Made by a program: the position numbers and the translations under genes
The notes under the pieces: generated by a model
Told to the model about the DNA's origin: nothing
Seen by the model: the letters and a program-made list of their open reading frames with translations, nothing else
Database searches by the model: none
In this document: piece by piece, positions 27,642-34,583 of the stretch
How positions within the stretch are numbered: the stretch's first letter is position 1
Layout of the letters: each line of letters starts with the position of its first letter
From: Promethearchaeia archaeon
GTDB taxonomy: Archaea; Asgardarchaeota; Lokiarchaeia; Sigyniarchaeales; SOKP01
DNA: 34,583 nucleotides
Assembly (NCBI GenBank): GCA_029856105.1
Contig: JAHQWH010000101.1
Location: 1-34,583 of the forward strand
Direction: 5' to 3'

Positions 27642-29120
27642 TTACCGGCTAACCAATCCACGTTTTACAAACATATCCTTTAATTCAGATATTATTTCCC
27701 TTCTTGCCGGCCCAGAATTACTTCCAGTACCCATAGTAATTTTTGGAGGTGGTGGTGGAGGTTTTAGAGAATCAAGGGTGACGAAACTTTGTTTAGCAAC
27801 TGATTGAGGAGCTATCGGTGGCGTTGCTTTTTGAGAGGTTACCGACAATGATGCTTTTACTGATTTTATTTTTTTCGTAGTGATTTTATCACTTTCAGCA
27901 TTTTCCTTTTCTATAGATTCTGGAGCGGTAATAGATTTTAACCGTTTTGGGGGCCCTGCAGCCCCTTTTAATTTTTTATTTTTTTTGAATGGATCAGCAT
28001 CTTTACTTTTCTTTTTCTTCTTTTCTTTGTCTTCTAATTTTTTGTTTTCTGAAATATATTCAATAGGAACCTTTTCAAACGGAACTGCAAACAGAGATTG
28101 CGAAATATCAGAGGGTACTAATCTGAATAGCACGCGTTTAACTTCTGAGAGTTCGGCCGCAACTTTATCCATAAGCTTAAGATTAATATCTAAAATTCTT
28201 TGAAGTTTATCTTCAATGTTAGGTAAAATTGTACTTGAATCTAATTCTGACTTCTCTTTTGAAAATATATTTTTAATACTTCTTGCGATCTCTGGTTCGC
28301 TTGAGTAAAAATTATAAATACTTGTAGGAGTGATGTCAAAATTCCAAGATTTTTCGCTATTTATAAAAACAGTCGAGATTTTATCAGTTAAATACTCCAC
28401 TTTAATTTGAAAATCAGGATCGTTTACAATATCAGAATCAGCTTTATTTAATAAAATTACAAAGTAAGGACTTTCATTTAAAAAAGCAAGAATATTAATC
28501 AATTCGCTTAAATATTCGACAGCTGCATCGTATCTAACGTCATCTTGAGAATCAAATATAAAAATTAGGACATCTACTTGGATAAAGAATCTTTCAGGGG
28601 ATTCGAGATATTCTTCAATATTATCTTTTTGCCCTCCTAGGTCCCATAGAATAAGATCTAACTTATCAGATTGATATTCTTCAACATTTGCCCCTATTGT
28701 TGGCTCTAAATTGATCATATCGTTGTAATTAATGTCATTAATTAATCTATTAATAAGAGATGTTTTTCCTGCAAAATTAAGTCCCGCTACTACAACCTTC
28801 ATTTTAGGTTTTTTCGTGTATTGCGTTCTTTTACTCCAAGCATTTGCTATTAGAATTGCTGCAATTAATGCATTTTTGAAATTAGATTTATTAATTAGTG
28901 CTTTTTTACTCAATCGTTCGTACTCAGAAATTTGAACCATAGAAAGCTCTCTAAGATTTTTAATATTAATCTTATTAAATTTTACAACATCTTCTTCGTC
29001 AATATTCTTCAACCTGTTAATTTCCAAATCGAGAATATCTTTTAAGCTAGTAGGATAATAATCAATATCAAGAAAACGATCGCAAAAATATTTTATAATT
29101 GTTTTAGCAGATTCGGACAT
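27642..29120 (-). CDS. Arf/Rag-like small GTPase with an N-terminal helical (HhH-like) domain and a long C-terminal Lys-rich/polyproline tail
   Basis: G1 GLNFAGKTS, G2 PTIG, G3 WDLGGQ, G4 NKAD, G5 TSI; tail contains KEKKKKKSK, PPPPPP and ARREIISELKDMFVKRG. Confidence 0.88.
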   Translation of the reverse strand: MSESAKTIIKYFCDRFLDIDYYPTSLKDILDLEINRLKNIDEEDVVKFNKINIKNLRELSMVQISEYERLSKKALINKSNFKNALIAAILIANAWSKRTQYTKKPKMKVVVAGLNFAGKTSLINRLINDINYNDMINLEPTIGANVEEYQSDKLDLILWDLGGQKDNIEEYLESPERFFIQVDVLIFIFDSQDDVRYDAAVEYLSELINILAFLNESPYFVILLNKADSDIVNDPDFQIKVEYLTDKISTVFINSEKSWNFDITPTSIYNFYSSEPEIARSIKNIFSKEKSELDSSTILPNIEDKLQRILDINLKLMDKVAAELSEVKRVLFRLVPSDISQSLFAVPFEKVPIEYISENKKLEDKEKKKKKSKDADPFKKNKKLKGAAGPPKRLKSITAPESIEKENAESDKITTKKIKSVKASLSVTSQKATPPIAPQSVAKQSFVTLDSLKPPPPPPKITMGTGSNSGPARREIISELKDMFVKRGLVSR

Positions 29121-29377
29121 AATTAACTTATATATTTTCCTTTTTTAAATTTTTATAAAAAGTAAAAAAAATCTAAGTTCAATGACCCTTTAAAAATAAA
29201 ATAGTACAAAAAAAAAGTAATTAGTTATAATCCCAAAAGAATATAAATGAGTTTTTATCCTAGAATTATAGATTTGTTGTAAAAAAATCTTAGACATTAG
29301 TACACAATTATAAAAAAAAAATATTCGTGTTAATACTCTAAGAATAAAAATAATTAGTTAAAGGTTTTGTAAATAAA

Positions 29378-30043
29378 ATGCAAATTAACAACAATCCTGA
29401 CGAAGAAATAACATCTCCTTACACATATTTTAAAGAAAATTTAGATAAATTTCCATTTATATTGATTATTGGAAAATATGACCATTTACTAGGTCCGCGT
29501 GCTCTTTATTCATCTATTAACCTTAGAGACGAAAAGTTTATCAGAAATTTATTGAGAGACGCCTTAAATACAAAAAATCAATTTGTTATACTCGATTTTA
29601 ATCAATTTTATTCACAGGTTTATAAAATTGAAGTAGAAGACCCCACAGCTAGAGGGAGAAAACAATTATATGCTATTATTCTACTTCGAGATATAGATTA
29701 TCCATTAATACCAATCCTTCATTTTAAAAGAATTGAGATGATATTTCATAAAATTGGACGTGATAAGATTTTGATGGACGACCCCCTAGCATTCAAGTAC
29801 TTTTTTGAAGAGGTTAGAGATATCTATATGAAGAAGGATGAAATCTTACCTTTAGAATCGATTAACATGCAAATAAGAAGTGGAGTTAATACCATTCAAG
29901 GTTTTTGTGAATTAATTCTAGAACAAAAAAGAAGTGGGGAGGTCTCCGAACAGGATTTAACAATTTATATTGAAATGATGTTAGATTCGTGTAAAGAAAT
30001 AATTGAAGCTCTAGAAAAACCAAAAGCTTCAACAATTAATTAA
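29378..30043 (+). CDS. Longin/uDENN-like (folliculin N-terminal-like) domain fused to a His-less HisKA-like helical hairpin
   Basis: ILIIGKYDHLLGPRAL and KIEVEDPTARGRKQLYAIILL resemble uDENN/FLCN longin motifs (FD...GP; D..ARG..R.Y.I). C-terminal SINMQIRSGVNTIQGFCELIL...IEMMLDSCKEIIEAL follows the HisKA pattern. Confidence 0.62.
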   Translation: MQINNNPDEEITSPYTYFKENLDKFPFILIIGKYDHLLGPRALYSSINLRDEKFIRNLLRDALNTKNQFVILDFNQFYSQVYKIEVEDPTARGRKQLYAIILLRDIDYPLIPILHFKRIEMIFHKIGRDKILMDDPLAFKYFFEEVRDIYMKKDEILPLESINMQIRSGVNTIQGFCELILEQKRSGEVSEQDLTIYIEMMLDSCKEIIEALEKPKASTIN

Positions 30044-30067
30044 TAATTATGTAAAGGGGATGATACT

Positions 30068-30949
30068 ATTAACGATAAAAAATTAATATTTGTAGGCCCT
30101 CCTGGTGTTGGTAAAACTACAATAAAGGAAATATATTTTGAGAAGGGTGATCCTTTAACCCTTTTAGAGAATCCATTACCTCCTTCGAGAGGTGTAAATT
30201 CAAGTGTATATTCTTTATTGAATTCTAACTTAGGAATATTAGATTTAGCAGGGCAAGAAAATGATTTTTGGTTTTCTGAAAGCGGTAAGGAAGTTTTTAA
30301 TGAAAGTAGTATTATCATTTGCATTTTTGATATAATGAATTCTACAGAATCAATAGTAAAATTTTTAGTAAATGTTTATCAAATAATAAAGGAACTCGAT
30401 CTGCGCTCTTGTAAAATAATAGCCTTTTTGCACAAAATAGATCTCGTAAGCCCCTCGTATGTTGATCAAAAAATTAAAGCAATCAAAAAATTTATCACTA
30501 TTCAGCATCCAAGAGGTGGCGATTTTGAAATATTTAAAACATCAATCGGAAAGGATTTCTTTTACGATACTTATTACATTCTTTTAAACGCTTTAAATTC
30601 GATTTTTCAGCGTGGTGGTTTAATTTCAATTAGCAAACAAGAATTTCAAGATTTAAAGAAAGAGCTTTCAATTATTTTACAGTCTGATCACATTTCAAAA
30701 TATAACTCAGATTATTTAGTAGATAATTTTGATTTAGATTTAGAAGAAACTCACCTTCATATGCAAAGACTTGAGCAATTAGGACTTATTAATAACTTCG
30801 ACAACTTCAAATTTTTTAAATTAACGAATAAAGCATATTTTTTTAAAGTTGGGTGGGAAAAAGAGCAGTTTAATACTGAAGAGAGCAAAGAGAATAAAAA
30901 TGTTGAACTTTTCCATATTTTTTTATATCTAAATAAACAGAATGTGTAA
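30068..30949 (+). CDS. Rag/Gtr-like small GTPase with a C-terminal winged-helix-like domain (293 aa, probable ATT start)
   Basis: The frame upstream of TTG 30218 encodes KKLIFVGPPGVGKTT (G1) and PPSRG (G2); then DLAGQ, HKID, TSI. The tail YLVDNFDLDLEETHLHMQRLEQLGLI...FKLTNKA fits a wHTH pattern. Confidence 0.82.
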   Translation: MNDKKLIFVGPPGVGKTTIKEIYFEKGDPLTLLENPLPPSRGVNSSVYSLLNSNLGILDLAGQENDFWFSESGKEVFNESSIIICIFDIMNSTESIVKFLVNVYQIIKELDLRSCKIIAFLHKIDLVSPSYVDQKIKAIKKFITIQHPRGGDFEIFKTSIGKDFFYDTYYILLNALNSIFQRGGLISISKQEFQDLKKELSIILQSDHISKYNSDYLVDNFDLDLEETHLHMQRLEQLGLINNFDNFKFFKLTNKAYFFKVGWEKEQFNTEESKENKNVELFHIFLYLNKQNV

Positions 30950-30997
30950 TTTATGTGAAATTCTTAAGAAAAACAAGGATTAAAGAGGAATTAATAA

Positions 30998-33775
30998 ATG
31001 AAATCTGGTTCATCAATAGACATTAAAGAGCATAAGAATGTAGAAGAAAAATTAAGATTATTGGTCCAGTATGCTCAAGACGCAATAATTCAAATGAATA
31101 GCGATGGTTTAGTTACTTTTTGGAATAAATCTGCAGAGAGATTATTTGGATATACTGAAAAAGAGATGTTAGGCAAGAATTTACACATCCTCATTGTTCC
31201 CGAGCGTTATCACAAAGCTTATAAAATAGGTTTTTCTAAATTCAAAAAGTCTGGACAAGGTGCTGCAATTAATAAAACACTTGAATTAAAAGGAATAAGA
31301 AAAGATGGTGCAGAATTTCCAATAGAACTATCTCTTTCAGCAGTTCGAGTAAAAGGTGAATGGAATACTATAGGAATTATAAGAGATATTACAAGCCGTA
31401 AAATAGCAGAAAAGCAATTAAAAGAATCGGAAAAGAGATATAAAATTCAGAGCAAAGAGTTAGAATTAATTCTGGATAATATCCCAGCATTGATATTTTA
31501 TAAAGATGATAGGAATAATCTAATTCGGGTTAACAAGTATTTTGCTGATGCACATAAAGCAACAAAAGAGGCTCTTGCAGGTAAGAATTGTTTCGATATT
31601 TATCCGGAAGATGTAGCACAGAAATATTTTGATGACGATCTAGAAGTAATTAAAAGTAAAAAGCCTAAGCTTAGTTTTATAGAGCCGTGGGATGTAGCAG
31701 AAGGAAGAAAATCGGTTAATTCAAACAAAATTCCATTATATGAGGATGATGACAAATGTATAGGGATAATAGGTTTTTCTACTGATGTCACAGAACAAGT
31801 TAAGGCAAAGCTAAAATTAAAAGAATCTGAGGAAAAATATAGATATTTAATGGATGGAATTACATCTGTAGGAATCGGTATTGATATTGTTACTAAAGAT
31901 TACAAAATTTTGTTTCAAAATCAAGTTTTAAAAGAAAAGTTTGGCGACATTACTGGAAAACTATGCTATGAAAAATATATGGGATTAAAAACTCCTTGTG
32001 ATTTCTGTCCTATGATTAAGGCATTAAAAAATAATACAATCGAGTCTACGGAATTAATAGCTGCTGATGGAAATAGTTATGAGTTATTTTCAGCACCATA
32101 TCTCGATTCAGATAGAACCACAGATAAAGTGATTGAAATTGTTATGAACATTACAGAGCGTAAACAAGCTGAGATGGCGTTGCAGGAATCTAAAGAGAAA
32201 TATCGATCTTTGTTTGATAACGCACAAGTAGGGTTATATTGGTCAAGAATCAGTGATGGTAAATTTTTAGAATGTAATAATACTTTTGCCAAATTATTTG
32301 GATATGATACGCGAGAAGAATGTTTAGTAGATTATATCACTCTCGAGCATTATGTGGATTTAAATACACGAAATGAAATGTTAGAAGAAATCCGTGTTAA
32401 TAAAAAAGTTAAGAATTATGAAATACATGTCACCAAAAGAGATGGTACTCCCATTTGGTTGAGCATTTCTGCTCGAATGTTTGAAAAAGAAGATCGTATT
32501 GAAGGTGCCGCTATTGATATCACTATGCACAAGGAAGCAGAACGGAATTTAAAAAAATCAGAAGAAAAATACAGAACCATTCTCGAAAGCATAAAAGAAG
32601 GTTATTTTGAGGTAGACTTATACGGAAATTTCGAATTTATTAATAACTCTTTATGTGAAATTATTGGATATTCAAAAAATGAATTATTATCTATGAATTA
32701 TGAGAACTTATGTGATGAAGAGAATAAAAGATTTATATTTCAAACTTATAACAATTTATATAAAGAGGGAAAAGGTTCCACTCTTTTCGATTTTGTACAA
32801 ATTAAGAAAAATGGAGAGAGAATATATGAGGAATCCTCAGTTTATTTGAAATTTAATTCTCAGGGTGAAATTATTGGATTTAAAGGATTAATAAGAGATA
32901 TTACTGAAAGGAAGAAAACAGAAATATTAAGAAGAAAATTTCAACAAGAATTAGAAAAAGAAGTACAATATAGAACTAAAGAACTAAACAATGCTTTAGA
33001 GAAACAAAAATTGTACCTGGATCAGATCGAAAAATCCTCTCGATTTAAAACTGAATTTATGGGAACTTTGTCTCACGAATTGAGAACCCCTTTGAACGCA
33101 ATTATTGGTTTTACAGATTTGCTTTTAGAAAGTGCTTTTGGTGAATTAAACGAAGAACAGTTAGAATTCGTAAAAGATATTGATGAATCTTCTAACCTTC
33201 TTTTGGATATGATAACTAATATTTTAGATATTTCAAGAATTGAATCCGGTCAGGTAACTTTAATAGTTGAAGAAATACATTTAAATAACCTGGTTAATCA
33301 TGCAATCTCAACATTAAAACCATTATATGATGAAAAAGGATTAATTATTGATTTAAAGGGTTTGAAAAAAGAACAATTAATATTTGCAGACAGAATAAAA
33401 TTTAAACAGATAATTTATAACCTATTAAGTAATGCTATTAAGTTCACTAAGAAAGGAAAGGTAACTTTTGAATTTAGGGATAGTAGAGATACATGGGAGT
33501 TCGTTGTAAAAGATACTGGCATAGGAATCGCAGAAAAAGATTTTAATATAATATTTAAAGAGTTCCAGAGAGTAAAGTCTGCTTACATTGATTCCATACC
33601 CGGGTCAGGGTTAGGATTAGCTTTATCTAAGAGGATAGTTAACCTACATGGAGGAGATATCTTATTTACTAGTAAATTAGGAAAGGGAACAACTTTTACT
33701 TTTACAATCCCTAAAAGTTTGAGAAAAAAAGTTAACAGTGAAAAAATAGTTGAATCCTTTTTGAAAAAAATATAA
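30998..33775 (+). CDS. Cytoplasmic sensor histidine kinase: five PAS/PAC domains, HisKA and HATPase_c
   Basis: Repeated PAS units ending in DIT/DVT/NIT; SHELRTPLNAIIGF; NLLSNAIKFT; DTGIG; GSGLGL; no transmembrane segment seen. Confidence 0.95.
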   Translation: MKSGSSIDIKEHKNVEEKLRLLVQYAQDAIIQMNSDGLVTFWNKSAERLFGYTEKEMLGKNLHILIVPERYHKAYKIGFSKFKKSGQGAAINKTLELKGIRKDGAEFPIELSLSAVRVKGEWNTIGIIRDITSRKIAEKQLKESEKRYKIQSKELELILDNIPALIFYKDDRNNLIRVNKYFADAHKATKEALAGKNCFDIYPEDVAQKYFDDDLEVIKSKKPKLSFIEPWDVAEGRKSVNSNKIPLYEDDDKCIGIIGFSTDVTEQVKAKLKLKESEEKYRYLMDGITSVGIGIDIVTKDYKILFQNQVLKEKFGDITGKLCYEKYMGLKTPCDFCPMIKALKNNTIESTELIAADGNSYELFSAPYLDSDRTTDKVIEIVMNITERKQAEMALQESKEKYRSLFDNAQVGLYWSRISDGKFLECNNTFAKLFGYDTREECLVDYITLEHYVDLNTRNEMLEEIRVNKKVKNYEIHVTKRDGTPIWLSISARMFEKEDRIEGAAIDITMHKEAERNLKKSEEKYRTILESIKEGYFEVDLYGNFEFINNSLCEIIGYSKNELLSMNYENLCDEENKRFIFQTYNNLYKEGKGSTLFDFVQIKKNGERIYEESSVYLKFNSQGEIIGFKGLIRDITERKKTEILRRKFQQELEKEVQYRTKELNNALEKQKLYLDQIEKSSRFKTEFMGTLSHELRTPLNAIIGFTDLLLESAFGELNEEQLEFVKDIDESSNLLLDMITNILDISRIESGQVTLIVEEIHLNNLVNHAISTLKPLYDEKGLIIDLKGLKKEQLIFADRIKFKQIIYNLLSNAIKFTKKGKVTFEFRDSRDTWEFVVKDTGIGIAEKDFNIIFKEFQRVKSAYIDSIPGSGLGLALSKRIVNLHGGDILFTSKLGKGTTFTFTIPKSLRKKVNSEKIVESFLKKI

Positions 33776-33787
33776 ACCACTTGAATT

Positions 33788-34583
33788 ATGATTTATAACG
33801 AAAAAGAAATTTTGGAAGAAAATATAGAGAAAATTAAACAAGTTGAAAAAACGATTAAAAATTGGTCTGATTTAGAGACACTAATTTCAACAATTTCGTC
33901 CAGATTCCTTGTTAATTTAGATTTAGACGAGGATATTAACGCATCGCTACGCGATATGGGTATTTTAAGTGGAGCGAGTCGTGTTTATCTTTTTCTTTTT
34001 AACGAAGATAAAAAAACTATGAATAACACTCACGAATGGTGTGCTGAAGGCGTTTCTTCGCAAATCCATATTTTTCAAGATTTAAATTTTGCAACGCTTC
34101 CCTGGTGGATGGAACAACTTAAAAGTGGAAATATAATTCACATTAACGATGTTTCTGATTTACCCGAAGAAGCTAAATCAACGAAAGAATTGCTAAAAAT
34201 ACAAAATACAATATCTGTTCTTGTATACCCCTTATATGTTAAAGGCGTTTTGGCAGGATTCATTGGCTTCGATAACGTTGAAAATACAAGGGAATGGAGA
34301 AATGAAGACTTCTCGTTATTACGAATTTCTTCACAAATCATAGGAAATGCTCTTGAACGGGATGTTACAGAGCAATTGTTGATAGATTCGGAGGAAAAAT
34401 ATAGATTAATTATAGAAAATATAAACGATTTGATCTCAATAGTTGATTCTAAGCTAAAATTTGAATATATCAACGACATAACTGCTTTAAAATTATTAGG
34501 TTATTTAAAAGAAGAAATAATTGGAAGATCATGTTTGGAATTCGTACATCCAGAAGATTCTGAAAGAGCAATTAAAGCTCTGG
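33788..34583 (+). CDS. GAF-PAS sensor protein (probable histidine kinase), 3'-truncated by the window edge; absent from the ORF track
   Basis: ATG 33788 opens MIYNEKEILEE...ASRVYLFLF...NTHEWCAEGV...PWWMEQL...IHINDVSDLPEEA...SVLVYPL...GFIGFD (GAF), then SEEKYRLIIENINDLI...FVHPED (PAS); open to the window end. Confidence 0.9.
   Translation, partial: MIYNEKEILEENIEKIKQVEKTIKNWSDLETLISTISSRFLVNLDLDEDINASLRDMGILSGASRVYLFLFNEDKKTMNNTHEWCAEGVSSQIHIFQDLNFATLPWWMEQLKSGNIIHINDVSDLPEEAKSTKELLKIQNTISVLVYPLYVKGVLAGFIGFDNVENTREWRNEDFSLLRISSQIIGNALERDVTEQLLIDSEEKYRLIIENINDLISIVDSKLKFEYINDITALKLLGYLKEEIIGRSCLEFVHPEDSERAIKAL

Noticed and set aside
872-34479. Short antisense or alternate-frame ORFs in the track (e.g. 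872-1096, 11075-11353, 11802-12146, 18352-18681, 27880-28203, 30040-30324, 34138-34479)
   Set aside because: They lie within or opposite motif-supported genes and are best explained as shadow ORFs.
1-34583. CRISPR arrays, tRNA or rRNA genes, IS transposases
   Set aside because: No spaced repeats, GC-rich structured RNA-like segments or transposase motifs were seen by eye. A covariance-model search would be needed to exclude small RNAs.

Overview
AT-rich archaeal DNA, most likely from an Asgard archaeon (Lokiarchaeia-like). This is an inference from gene content: TBP, archaeal ether-lipid enzymes, two Arf/Rag-like small GTPases, a longin/uDENN-like protein and multi-PAS kinases. The left half (2.7-18.9 kb) is an isoprenoid/lipid supercluster: GGR, GGPP synthase, a radical SAM enzyme, an acyl-CoA dehydrogenase, TBP, UbiX, an IPK-IDI2 fusion, mevalonate kinase, both AcnX subunits (phosphomevalonate dehydratase), UbiD (anhydromevalonate-phosphate decarboxylase), class II HMG-CoA reductase, HMG-CoA synthase with a DUF35-like tail, and UppS. 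The middle holds a hypothetical protein, a GCS2-type ligase, a zinc-ribbon endonuclease and an amidohydrolase. The right end is a signalling island mixing two-component parts with small GTPases. The standout observation is a 31-nt frame-breaking insert (11758-11788) that splits the conserved GE|H motif of mevalonate kinase. It folds so that both frame-restoring junctions fall at bulge-helix-bulge cleavage positions, making it a candidate archaeal-type pre-mRNA intron in a metabolic gene. Several genes also appear to start at ATT or ACG, so the ORF track misses their N-terminal domains.
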